From positions 51,883-115,882 of IMG/VR virus record IMGVR_UViG_3300045974_000102: DNA of 64,000 nucleotides. One strand, written 5' to 3'. The stretch comes from a virus. Each line of letters begins with the position of its first letter. Position 1 is the first letter of the stretch. The position numbers and the translations under genes were made by a program. Below, in pieces: positions 39,868-48,679 of this stretch. A model generated the notes under the pieces. That model made no database searches and was not told the DNA's origin. It saw nothing but the letters and a program-made list of their open reading frames with translations.

Positions 39868-40695
39868 TTACCTTCTGCCGTTTCTTTGACCATTTACAGG
39901 TTTTGTTAAAGAACCAAAGCCGCCCAAGCCAGCTCCAATAGCTACAGCGCCTCTCATAGCCTTACCTTCCATCCAACCTCTTGTTTGAGGATCTGCGACA
40001 TTGAAGTCAGTCATTTTAAGTATTTTATTCATCATAGCATTCTTTTGTAGGAGTGGGTTCTTTATCTGAGCATTGTATGTGCCCATATGTATGCCTTTCC
40101 TAATACCACCTGCCATTCCAGCTGCACCACCTAGTAATGCTCCACCAACAGTAGCCTTAGCCATTCCCCAAGCATCATCACCATCAAAACCGCGACCATT
40201 AGCCATATTAATAGCTGCACCTGCGGCGCTGCTAACGCCACCTGCTATAGCACCTGTCTTAACCATTCTACCAAAGTGACCACCCTCTACGTGCTTCATG
40301 AAGCCTGGGCCGAAACCGGCAGCTGCATCTTTCATTCCAGGACTAATATGGCCTCGTATCTTATCAAAAGCGCCAAATGGACCAGATCCAGAGAAGAAGC
40401 CACCTCCACCAGCGCCAGCATTTACAGCTTCTACGCTTGGGCCCCCTGGTCCACCAACTCTTCCGCCTGGGCCACCACCCATGGCTCCTACCTTAGCACG
40501 TGGTGCATCAGCAGCGAATAGTTGATCACCTAGTTGTCCAGCATTACCAGCAGCTGTTCGTCCAGGATGAGGTACATGTGCAGGGATAACATCACCAAAC
40601 TGGCCAGCTAATTTATCTGCTTCTACACCTACTTGCGCTCCTTTTCCTCTTAGAAATTTTTTAGCCCATCCCATTCCCTTATTAATTAAGCCCAT
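39868..40695 (-). CDS. Gly/Ala-rich protein with glycine-zipper-like segments, putative internal/ejected protein
   Basis: GAIAGGVSSAAG, GGALLGGAAGMAGG; basic. Confidence 0.55.
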   Translation of the reverse strand: MGLINKGMGWAKKFLRGKGAQVGVEADKLAGQFGDVIPAHVPHPGRTAAGNAGQLGDQLFAADAPRAKVGAMGGGPGGRVGGPGGPSVEAVNAGAGGGGFFSGSGPFGAFDKIRGHISPGMKDAAAGFGPGFMKHVEGGHFGRMVKTGAIAGGVSSAAGAAINMANGRGFDGDDAWGMAKATVGGALLGGAAGMAGGIRKGIHMGTYNAQIKNPLLQKNAMMNKILKMTDFNVADPQTRGWMEGKAMRGAVAIGAGLGGFGSLTKPVNGQRNGRR

Positions 40696-40704
40696 AGTTT
40701 ACTC

Positions 40705-41436
40705 CTATTTTAAATTCTTTAAAACTGCATACATTGCTCTTTTACCACTTTGCTGCATTTTGCTACCACCTGCAGAAGTTAATTCAGCAGAGAATGTTTT
40801 TGCCTTTGATCTGTTCTTATATGCGCTATTAAGCATCTTTCTAAGTCCAATAGCTTCGTCTTCACTAACATTAGGAAATCTAGACTTGTTCGTGATTTTT
40901 CCTTCTGGCCTGACTCCATCTAAGTCTAATATATCAGTTCTCTTCTTCCATCTTGATGATTGACTAACAAGGCCATGTTCGAGAGTATCAGCGTTATGCG
41001 CATATCTATATAGGGCCGCTCCTTCAACATTTGGATAATTCTTAAATACAGTATCTTCTGGCTTAAAGTGAAATCCCATCCTCTTTAGACCTTTACCATA
41101 AGCACGGAAGCGTTTCTCGTCTGTTCCTTGAACAATCATAAGCCCTGGCTGAAGTCTATTCTCTTCTATCATATCTCTTAGCAGTCCTTTGGCCCACATT
41201 AACCCTTCAAGGCCAGACTTGCCAGTTGACTTATCATTTATAGCCCTTCCGCCCAATTTACCATTCCACCAAGACTTTATTTGCTTTTCAGTGTCGCCTA
41301 TTCCAAAGCCTATTTCATACCAAGGTGACCCGCCTTCTTGTGGAAACTTATTTAAAAAGAAACCAGCTTTCTGTCCTGAGTTTAACTCCTTGAACCATCT
41401 CGCATGGCTGCTATTAAAGTATGAAGGAGCTTCCAT
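40705..41436 (-). CDS. Hypothetical protein (possible GNAT-like fold)
   Basis: TGKSGLEGL..IVQGTDEKRFRAY..LKRMGF; fold assignment tentative. Confidence 0.5.
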   Translation of the reverse strand: MEAPSYFNSSHARWFKELNSGQKAGFFLNKFPQEGGSPWYEIGFGIGDTEKQIKSWWNGKLGGRAINDKSTGKSGLEGLMWAKGLLRDMIEENRLQPGLMIVQGTDEKRFRAYGKGLKRMGFHFKPEDTVFKNYPNVEGAALYRYAHNADTLEHGLVSQSSRWKKRTDILDLDGVRPEGKITNKSRFPNVSEDEAIGLRKMLNSAYKNRSKAKTFSAELTSAGGSKMQQSGKRAMYAVLKNLK

Positions 41437-41439
41437 TTC

Positions 41440-42228
41440 TTATCTCGAATGGTAGATTCTAGCTACCGATTGCATTCTTGATGAATAGTTCTGCATAGCA
41501 GCGCCTATTTGGTCATAAGAGCTCATATCCTGTTTTCTAGTGTCAAAATAGTTGGTATCATAGTGTATTCTCTTAAATGACTTAGAATCTGCATTAGCCA
41601 TATCCATTATCCCGCCAACTGCACCTAAAGCTGCAGAACCCAAGATTCCTACACCCATAATGCCTAGAGTAACTCCTACATCGAACTTCCATGTCTGGCG
41701 CATGGTAGACATACCACTTTTCAGTAGATATCTCTTATCTGCACCTTTGATAATAGCCTTAGCCTCAGCTCCTGCTAATGACAGCCCTGTGCCTTGAGCA
41801 ACTCCTCTACGGCTTATTCTTTCAAGCATTTCACCGTTTTCACGGTAGAACGTCTTGCCTCTAAAAGCCCCGCCAGTTCTAAAGACCTCCTGGCCTCTAA
41901 GACCTAAGGTATCTCTTATAGATTGGTGTGCTGTCAAGCCAAGGAACAAAGCGTCCATCCCTAGCATCCCACCCTGTTCACCAAGCTTCCTGAAGCCGTC
42001 AGGATCATTAGTAAGAGCATTGTTCCAAGCTGTCTCACCAATCTCACCTACACCTTTCGCTGTATCAGCCAAGGACATAGCAAAGAATAAAGGATTTATA
42101 TTAATCTTAGCGCCAAATACTGGTTTATCAGAGACCTTTGCATGATGGTTAAGAGCTCTAGAGCCGCCCCTCATTACCTGCTCTAAAAGCTCTCCAGCTA
42201 GCATTACTCCTACGAATCCAAAACTCAT
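41440..42228 (-). CDS. Hypothetical membrane-associated, Gly-rich protein
   Basis: VGVTLGIMGVGILGSAALGAVGG segment; AGGAG RBS. Confidence 0.6.
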   Translation of the reverse strand: MSFGFVGVMLAGELLEQVMRGGSRALNHHAKVSDKPVFGAKININPLFFAMSLADTAKGVGEIGETAWNNALTNDPDGFRKLGEQGGMLGMDALFLGLTAHQSIRDTLGLRGQEVFRTGGAFRGKTFYRENGEMLERISRRGVAQGTGLSLAGAEAKAIIKGADKRYLLKSGMSTMRQTWKFDVGVTLGIMGVGILGSAALGAVGGIMDMANADSKSFKRIHYDTNYFDTRKQDMSSYDQIGAAMQNYSSRMQSVARIYHSR

Positions 42229-42238
42229 AATAAGCTCC

Positions 42239-42601
42239 TTATTCTATAACTTCTTCTACGTGTGTTTCGGGGCGCTCTAACTGTAAGGCGCAATGATCTT
42301 TACCGAATATAGCATTAATTACTTTAGCACATATCTTAGCTAACCAATTAGTGCCTTCATATCTACCAATTCTAGAACTTAGAGTTTCATCAGGAGAACC
42401 ACCAAATATCGTATTAATGTCCTGGTCCCAGCCTATAAAGGCATTCTTTATATAAAGCTTGATCTCACCCTTATTAAAGATGAGATAGAGTGGTGCAAAG
42501 ACAATAGTAAGAGCAAAAAACCTAATTAGCACCAAAGGTGCGCTTATCGCAGTATTATAAGCAACTAAACTTCCTATAATAACCTTTTCATACAGTTTCA
42601 T
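42239..42601 (-). CDS. Phage membrane protein (DQ..N..GG.PDETLSSR motif)
   Basis: GGAGG RBS before MKLYEK; two hydrophobic helices. Confidence 0.6.
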   Translation of the reverse strand: MKLYEKVIIGSLVAYNTAISAPLVLIRFFALTIVFAPLYLIFNKGEIKLYIKNAFIGWDQDINTIFGGSPDETLSSRIGRYEGTNWLAKICAKVINAIFGKDHCALQLERPETHVEEVIE

Positions 42602-42797
42602 TCTTAGCCTCCAATAGCTCTTTAACAGTAAGAGGGATCTCAAATACTGTTAGGTCATTAGCATCAACAAAACTATCAATGGAGCCGAAAAAAGTATTCG
42701 GCTCCTTCATGAAGTTAGTTTCAATAACACTATATTTTCTATCTATATCATTGAAAAATACATTTACATTGAAGCCTTTAGATTTATCAATACTCAT
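42588..42797 (-). CDS. Hypothetical protein
   Basis: Overlap-coupled small ORF. Confidence 0.5.
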   Translation of the reverse strand: MSIDKSKGFNVNVFFNDIDRKYSVIETNFMKEPNTFFGSIDSFVDANDLTVFEIPLTVKELLEAKNETV

Positions 42798-43917
42798 ACA
42801 TTAATCTCTCTAGGCTGATTTGCTCAAGGTCGAATCTTCCAGGAGCCCAGTGGGTTAAGATTGAGAGTCCTTTCCAGTAAGCATTTGCGCCACCTTCCGC
42901 GTATTCATCAGTATTTTCAAAGAAACAACCAGCAGTATAAACCTGCACAAGATCATTACTTCCATGCCGAAAACAATTCGAAAGCTCAGCACGATGAGTA
43001 TGACCAAACACAAGAGACTTAGCAGTAAGCTTAGAGGCCTTTTGAGTACAAGACTCACCTCCGACAGGCATGTTTGCAGCATTTTGAGGGGCATGGGTAA
43101 ATAGTACTCCTTCGACCTCGTAATAGCGTCTGTATGGGATAAGTGAGGTAATACCCTTACTATAGAGCTGTAAGTCCTCTACAAGGTCAATATGGCCGTC
43201 TAGCGTAGGGTTTTGTTCTAGGTATTTATCCACCCAAGACTCGTGGTTGCCTAATAACCAAATTATAGATGGGTTATAAGATTTATGTTTCTTGATAGGA
43301 GCCAAGATTCTATCGAGGGCTTCCCTACCTGCAGCTATATCTTCCTTATATCTTCTACCTTCCATAACAAGTCTATTATTCTTTTCCCAATGGGAAAGAG
43401 AAGCTAGAGTAAGAAAGTCACCCATGAAGATGATATTGTCTGGACGTCTTTCCTCTATGAGCTTAGCGGCACATGAGAACCTGGTTAAGTTGTCTTCTGG
43501 ACTTACATGACAATCAGGAATGACTAAGGTCTTGACCAAGGTCATCTCTGGAACTACAGTGGGCTCTTCTAGTCTTATCTTCTCTACTAGAGCATAATTA
43601 GCATTATCTGCCAGTATCTCAGTAAGAGTAGGCTTAATCCCTACGATAGTTCCTTTCTTCTGGACCTTATCCCAGAACTCATGGCTCTTTTCCTTAAGCA
43701 TAGGATTATTCTCTAAAAGGTCATGTGTTTCCTGGGCTGCCTTAACATGAGCATCATCATAAGTGCAGACTCTTGCCTTTTCTCTCTTTCTCTCTACAGC
43801 CTTAATGCTCCTTTCATATCCAGCATCTTTCAGTAGAGAAACAACTTCTACTGGTTTTCTATTAAAGTTCTTAGCTAATATTTTATTCTCTTCCAAAGTC
43901 CATTCATTTGATCTCAT
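42787..43917 (-). CDS. Calcineurin-like metallophosphoesterase with N-terminal HTH/Myb-like segment
   Basis: PDCH, GDFL, LGNHE, FTH, FGHTH; N-terminal WTLEENKIL. Confidence 0.88.
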   Translation of the reverse strand: MRSNEWTLEENKILAKNFNRKPVEVVSLLKDAGYERSIKAVERKREKARVCTYDDAHVKAAQETHDLLENNPMLKEKSHEFWDKVQKKGTIVGIKPTLTEILADNANYALVEKIRLEEPTVVPEMTLVKTLVIPDCHVSPEDNLTRFSCAAKLIEERRPDNIIFMGDFLTLASLSHWEKNNRLVMEGRRYKEDIAAGREALDRILAPIKKHKSYNPSIIWLLGNHESWVDKYLEQNPTLDGHIDLVEDLQLYSKGITSLIPYRRYYEVEGVLFTHAPQNAANMPVGGESCTQKASKLTAKSLVFGHTHRAELSNCFRHGSNDLVQVYTAGCFFENTDEYAEGGANAYWKGLSILTHWAPGRFDLEQISLERLMYEY

Positions 43918-43922
43918 AAAGT

Positions 43923-44699
43923 TTATATCCCGTCCTCAAGTATTTCAAAGTCTTGTAAAGCATTAAGCTCATCGTGAACATCATCAGCAGAGACAGACTT
44001 GGCTCTAGCATTCTGGAGCTTCTTTTTCATTGAAGAGATTTGTTTAATAGGACCATCCTTCGCCTCTTTCAATGCAGCCTGCTTCTTATACTGTTCTTTT
44101 CTTGTTGCCGTAAAGGATTCAAGCAATTGGATCTTCTTAGCCTGGAATTTCTCCTTAATAGATAAAGCATGGGAGATTTCTTCCTTTTCTATGATATTCC
44201 CGTCTTTGTCAACACCAATAACACTTCTCATACGCATATCAGTGTGCAAGTTAGAAAGAATAGCATTACAGCGATGTTCGATAAGTTCATACTCCACTAA
44301 TTGATTGATTAACACCATTTCTGAATAGTTGTCCAAATCTACTCCTAAAGATGTTATATACTTGCCAATGGCATCTGTCAAGATTTTATTCTCGTGAACG
44401 CACTCTCTACCTGTTGGACACTGGTCAATTCTGTATAGAGCACATCTGCTCTTATATAAACACTTAGGCTTGGTGCAGATCATTACCAGACCAGTAGAAG
44501 ACCCAAGCTCTATATTCCAAAACTCTTCCTGAAGTTTCTTAGCAGAAGCTGCATCAAACTGGATATCCTCGTATTGTGCCATCCTCATTGCAAGCACGGC
44601 ACCAACTTTCTCCATGCCTGTTTCTAGGTTGGTAGACATCCTCGTCATTATTTCTGCTAGACTTCCTCCCGGTGCTACTATCTCCACTATATTTACCAC
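43923..44699 (-). CDS. Cys-rich protein, candidate terminase small subunit
   Basis: C..C..C..CPTG.EC motif then helical region with G.I..KEEISHAL; upstream of terL cluster. Confidence 0.45.
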   Translation of the reverse strand: MVNIVEIVAPGGSLAEIMTRMSTNLETGMEKVGAVLAMRMAQYEDIQFDAASAKKLQEEFWNIELGSSTGLVMICTKPKCLYKSRCALYRIDQCPTGRECVHENKILTDAIGKYITSLGVDLDNYSEMVLINQLVEYELIEHRCNAILSNLHTDMRMRSVIGVDKDGNIIEKEEISHALSIKEKFQAKKIQLLESFTATRKEQYKKQAALKEAKDGPIKQISSMKKKLQNARAKSVSADDVHDELNALQDFEILEDGI

Positions 44700-45057
44700 G
44701 ACTACCTCTCTTTATTACAAAGACCACAGCAGATAAGAACTCTTTAGGATCTAACTTGATATTACTAACCATACATTTATCTAAAAAGGTTCTTACAGAC
44801 TGGAAAGTCTTTTCATCAGCTTTTATATAAGACTGATAAGTAAACTCTTCTTTCTTAGGCTTAGTTACCTTTAAAAACTCCAAACTTCCATATCTAACGT
44901 AAACATATCTATTTTCGTCATATCTAATTAAAATATAGTTCTTCTTTATTGGGCTCCAAGAACCGTGGGTAAACTTATTCCACATAGTGCTTGGTTGCCA
45001 AAGTGATATCTCAATGTCCAAAAGCGTTGCCGCTTTAATAGTTGCTTGCGCACCCAT
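44554..45057 (-). CDS. Hypothetical protein
   Basis: GGAGG RBS; 3' end overlaps next gene. Confidence 0.55.
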   Translation of the reverse strand: MGAQATIKAATLLDIEISLWQPSTMWNKFTHGSWSPIKKNYILIRYDENRYVYVRYGSLEFLKVTKPKKEEFTYQSYIKADEKTFQSVRTFLDKCMVSNIKLDPKEFLSAVVFVIKRGSRGKYSGDSSTGRKSSRNNDEDVYQPRNRHGESWCRACNEDGTIRGYPV

Positions 45058-45115
45058 AAATGCCCTCCACGAGACGAGCCCGTAGTGGCACCACGGACTC
45101 TAAATTTTATTTGGT

Positions 45116-45511
45116 TCAGATTTGTTCATAATAACTTCTCTCTTCCTCATCAGATTCATGTCTGATATCCATATCTCCATAGCTAGCGAGTTTAATTACA
45201 ATTGTGCTGGGCATATCTACACTAATAGATTCAGCATTAAAAGTGCCTTCAAAATAAACTTTAGTATAGCCTTGAACATAACACACAGAGACGTCCAAGA
45301 CAGAGTTTTTAAGTAGCCAGCCCCTAAACTTCTCTACTCCTGGAGCAATCTTCATAGCGATTATCAAGTTGTTATCTTTATCAAAAGTAGCACCTGTTAT
45401 TAAGTCCCTAGCGAGTTGATATCTTTTATTCCTACGAGCCAATCTTATACCATCAAGATAGTCGCCCATAGGGAATAAAGGATCTATACAGCAGTTAATG
45501 AAGTCTTCCAT
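45116..45511 (-). CDS. Hypothetical protein
   Basis: AAGGAG RBS. Confidence 0.6.
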   Translation of the reverse strand: MEDFINCCIDPLFPMGDYLDGIRLARRNKRYQLARDLITGATFDKDNNLIIAMKIAPGVEKFRGWLLKNSVLDVSVCYVQGYTKVYFEGTFNAESISVDMPSTIVIKLASYGDMDIRHESDEEERSYYEQI

Positions 45512-45660
45512 TAGTTCTCCTTTCTTTCATCAGTTAGAGCTTTACGTAAAAGGTCTAATACTGCTGGGGTAAATTTGTATTTCTTCTGTTCATGAGCATA
45601 GTCCATAACCTTAGTGAAAAGGTCTTCTGGTATATCAATGCTTTTCTTAATTGTAATCAT
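45511..45660 (-). CDS. Ribbon-helix-helix (CopG/Arc-like) DNA-binding protein (not in track)
   Basis: MITIKKSIDIPEDLFTKVMDYAHEQKKYKFTPAVLDLLRKAL; AAGGAG RBS. Confidence 0.7.
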   Translation of the reverse strand: MITIKKSIDIPEDLFTKVMDYAHEQKKYKFTPAVLDLLRKALTDERKEN

Positions 45661-45689
45661 GTTCACGTCTTTCTCCTTGCCAGTAAAGG

Positions 45690-45722
45690 AAAAGCCAACC
45701 CTCTGTGAAAAGGTCGGCTTTC
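45690..45722 (-). terminator. Intrinsic terminator
   Basis: Minus-strand AAAGCCGACC/GGTTGGCTTT stem with U-run. Confidence 0.6.
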
Positions 45723-45724
45723 TG

Positions 45725-45928
45725 TTATTCTACTATATAGTTTATGATTGAAGCTGCGGCACTAATGGATGCGATTGGACCTAAAATAGCTGCTACACCA
45801 AAACCTAGAACATTAATCTTGTTCCAGGCATGATTAGGAATATTTATATTATTTTTCCAGGCTTCAAAGATGATAAGGCTCATAACTCCAATTACTCCAT
45901 TTAAAATCCAGTACAAGACAAAAGTCAT
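45725..45928 (-). CDS. Small two-TM membrane protein
   Basis: AAGGAG RBS; two hydrophobic segments. Confidence 0.6.
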   Translation of the reverse strand: MTFVLYWILNGVIGVMSLIIFEAWKNNINIPNHAWNKINVLGFGVAAILGPIASISAAASIINYIVE

Positions 45929-45977
45929 GTTGTACTCCTTGAATGTTTAATTGGTAATAACTGGGAGCCTTATTTTA

Positions 45978-46751
45978 TTATTTTATTATTTCCAGATCTG
46001 CATGTTCTTCTGAGCAATAGAGTTGTGGATTCTGTTCGAAGCCCATCATGTTCATGACTTCATTGAGCTGGAGACACAGGTTTCTATAAGTCAGATTTGG
46101 GGTCTGCTTTAAGAGGTTAGTGAGGGCGAAGGTGAATGCTCCCTGGAAAGTTTCGTTGATGAACGCGTCAGCCGAGGTCTGGTCAGATTGACACCCAGAA
46201 AGAAGTATCATATTGCCCATTGTAGCGTCCAAATTTATCTCTGTAGCCACTTGTTTTATTGAATTAATAGGAAGACCGCTTGGTGCCTCGAATAAGGTTA
46301 CTGAGCGGCTTTTTTTATAATCTAGAGAGAAGTCTTTAGTGCTGTCTCCGGAGTGGCAGCAGTCTAGCAGAACAACAAGATGAGCACCAGGAACGAGATT
46401 GCGAAACACGTTGTATAGCTCGTCATCAATAATAAGCCCACCAGAAGCATAATCGTAAGGTACCAGCGCTTCGTCCATTCCATCTATTTCGTCTCCATGA
46501 CGGTCTGGGACCTGTGTCCCATGTCCGGAGTAGTGGAAGAAGATCTTGTCGCCTTCCTGTGATTTGGAGATTAAAGAAGCAAGCGCTGCTAATATATTTG
46601 CTTTAGTTGCCTCTTGTTCAAGGAGAATAATCTTTTCTGCTATTTCATACTGTGAGAGGAGAGCGTCTATATTAGAAGCGTCGTTTAAGCAGCCTCTAAG
46701 TTGTGATTGTGTGCCAGTGTAGTTGATGCCTGTAAGTAATAAACGGATCAT
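45978..46751 (-). CDS. Caspase-family (peptidase C14, metacaspase-like) protease
   Basis: GINY..LRGCLND, HYSGHG, DCCHSG, SGCQSDQTSAD, GAFT, QNPQL. Confidence 0.93.
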   Translation of the reverse strand: MIRLLLTGINYTGTQSQLRGCLNDASNIDALLSQYEIAEKIILLEQEATKANILAALASLISKSQEGDKIFFHYSGHGTQVPDRHGDEIDGMDEALVPYDYASGGLIIDDELYNVFRNLVPGAHLVVLLDCCHSGDSTKDFSLDYKKSRSVTLFEAPSGLPINSIKQVATEINLDATMGNMILLSGCQSDQTSADAFINETFQGAFTFALTNLLKQTPNLTYRNLCLQLNEVMNMMGFEQNPQLYCSEEHADLEIIK

Positions 46752-47159
46752 GTGAACCTCCTATGTGAGGCACTTGGAGTGCCGTCTTACTTAGGTGTTA
46801 TTAAAGGTTTCTGTGGAATTTGGAAATGAGTTTATATATATTTGGGAGTCGAGTATTTGGAGAGTTTCTATAGGAAAAGGGTGGGGGTGGGGTAAGAAAA
46901 ACCCAAATAAAGCATAAATATATACAAAGGTAAAATAAATGATAGACGGCAAAGACCAGGTAGCATATTGGAGATGAGACTCCTCTCGTCAACAGTATGC
47001 AACCCCGGCCTCGGTCTGAGGTCTGTATCTTCCCTGCTTCATCGGACACATCCTCAACTCAACAACATCACACTCAGTCGGTTATGGTATCTATGAGTAC
47101 ACTAGAGATCCATTGTAAATCCCGTTATGAGTATCACACATTGTCCATAGGAGGACATC

Positions 47160-47387
47160 ATGAAAACTTCCGCTATCATCATGAGCATCATCGCCATCAT
47201 CGTTGCTATCGCTGGCTGCATCTGGGCATGGCCCATCATCATGTTCGTGGGCTACAAGCTCCTCAAGGCTCTCCTCGTCACCAAAGACAAAGTCGTCTCC
47301 GTCTCTGGTTCCCTCAAGGGCAAAATGGTCTCCGCTGCTGAGAAGGCAGCTGCTGATCACGACGCATTCATGAAGGGCCGCCCGTAA
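47160..47387 (+). CDS. Small membrane protein, first gene of rightward arm
   Basis: AGGAGG RBS; N-terminal hydrophobic helix. Confidence 0.7.
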   Translation: MKTSAIIMSIIAIIVAIAGCIWAWPIIMFVGYKLLKALLVTKDKVVSVSGSLKGKMVSAAEKAAADHDAFMKGRP

Positions 47388-47407
47388 CATCAACGCCCAA
47401 CCAACCC

Positions 47408-47453
47408 GTAACTGAAACCCTCAACCGCATCGCCCCTGTGCGTAATCAGGGGC
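47408..47453 (+). promoter_or_regulatory. GTAACTGAAACCCTCAAC motif plus stem-loop, copy 1
   Basis: 18-mer identical to 48557-48574; followed by CCCCTG/CAGGGG stem. Confidence 0.6.
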
Positions 47454-47504
47454 TCACCTGCAGCACTACTCCAATAGCAGCACTACATACAAAGGAGACA
47501 CACC

Positions 47505-47870
47505 ATGCGTCAATACAAATATGCACCTCATGTCCTCTTCATCGTCCTGCAGTTCACGATGCTCTTCTGTGCCCTCTGGGGCATGGATAACAACATGCCA
47601 CTCTTCGCAATGGGTGCAACGCTTACCTCATGGGCACTCGCCGGGCTCAACATCCGGGCCCTCCTTATCCACCACCATGACGAGGTAGATGTCATGGACG
47701 TTATCTACCTCACGGGCTCACTGCTAGCATACATGGGTGCATTACTGGCCCTTAATGTGGGCATTGACAGCCCTACTACCCTGAAGCTGGCCGTCATAGT
47801 GCTGACCGCTTGGACAACCATGAACATAGCCTTCTACCACGAGAAGGCAAAGGGAGGTGTAACATGCTAA
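47505..47870 (+). CDS. Four-TM membrane protein
   Basis: AAAGGAG RBS; four hydrophobic segments. Confidence 0.7.
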   Translation: MRQYKYAPHVLFIVLQFTMLFCALWGMDNNMPLFAMGATLTSWALAGLNIRALLIHHHDEVDVMDVIYLTGSLLAYMGALLALNVGIDSPTTLKLAVIVLTAWTTMNIAFYHEKAKGGVTC

Positions 47871-48034
47871 CACGTATACTTGACAAGATTAAGACCCTGG
47901 AAGCCGAGATCACCCAGATCCAGATGGAGAACGCCCGTAAGAACGGCTGCGTGCACGAGTTGACCAGGGACGCACTTGGCGACTTGCAAGGCCTTAGGAA
48001 GCTCGTAGAAGAGCTTGCTAACACCTGCGGCTAG
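47864..48034 (+). CDS. Small coiled-coil protein
   Basis: GGAGGT RBS before MLTRILDK. Confidence 0.6.
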   Translation: MLTRILDKIKTLEAEITQIQMENARKNGCVHELTRDALGDLQGLRKLVEELANTCG

Positions 48035-48114
48035 AAACCCTAACAAGCCCTGGCTGAGACTAGACCAGGGCAGAAAGGAGGATGTAACATCAACCCTGAA
48101 AGGAGGTGATCAGC

Positions 48115-48168
48115 ATGCTGTACATCATCATTGGCTGCATCTTGGTGTGGGTGTCCGGTACACTGTAG
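48115..48168 (+). CDS. 17-aa hydrophobic peptide (not in track)
   Basis: Perfect AAGGAGGTGAT RBS; MLYIIIGCILVWVSGTL*. Confidence 0.5.
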   Translation: MLYIIIGCILVWVSGTL

Positions 48169-48195
48169 GACAACCGTAGGGTAGCGGAGGCTATC

Positions 48196-48369
48196 ATGAA
48201 AGCACCAGCAATCAACAAGAGTGAGATGTATGTGCTCATGCGTCACATGGGCTTTACCAACCAGGAGGTCGTGACCTGTTGTTATAAGGTCATCGACCAT
48301 GTCAAGTCGTACAACGCTGTTAACAAGGCACTCAAGGCATTTGAGGAGCCTAAAAGGAGAGCATCATGA
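48196..48369 (+). CDS. Hypothetical 57-aa protein (not in track)
   Basis: GGAGG RBS; MKAPAINKSEMY..; ATGA overlap with next gene. Confidence 0.6.
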   Translation: MKAPAINKSEMYVLMRHMGFTNQEVVTCCYKVIDHVKSYNAVNKALKAFEEPKRRAS

Positions 48370-48560
48370 GCAACAATATGCAAGCACTGTTGGTATGCGC
48401 GTTGGGATTAGTAGCCATCTACCTGTCGTACCCTAAGCGGGTACACTACTACATGGATCGCATCATCATGAGCACTGGGTGGTGCCCACGGTGCCACAAG
48501 CACACCGTGTACTCCGTGAACGGTGCTTACAGTGTGTGCTCGCACTGTAACAAAAGGTAA
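48366..48560 (+). CDS. Membrane-anchored zinc-ribbon protein
   Basis: TM helix then CPRC..CSHC. Confidence 0.65.
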   Translation: MSNNMQALLVCALGLVAIYLSYPKRVHYYMDRIIMSTGWCPRCHKHTVYSVNGAYSVCSHCNKR

Positions 48561-48598
48561 CTGAAACCCTCAACAAGGCACGGCTACCAGAGCGTGCC
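48557..48598 (+). promoter_or_regulatory. GTAACTGAAACCCTCAAC motif plus stem-loop, second perfect copy
   Basis: Followed by GGCACG/CGTGCC stem. Confidence 0.6.
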
Positions 48599-48679
48599 AA
48601 AGGAGGACACCAGCAGTAGCGGGGTAGGTAGACCCGTGTAGTGTCACTGAGGCCATAATCAACCACAAAGGAGAACACA

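Noticed and set aside
44554-44699. 146-bp gene overlap as a functional dual-coding region
   Set aside because: Tail looks like low-information read-through; cannot distinguish from a lost stop or sequence error
48074-48087. AAAGGAGG-ATG-TAA start-stop element
   Set aside because: No spacing between SD and ATG, so initiation is unlikely
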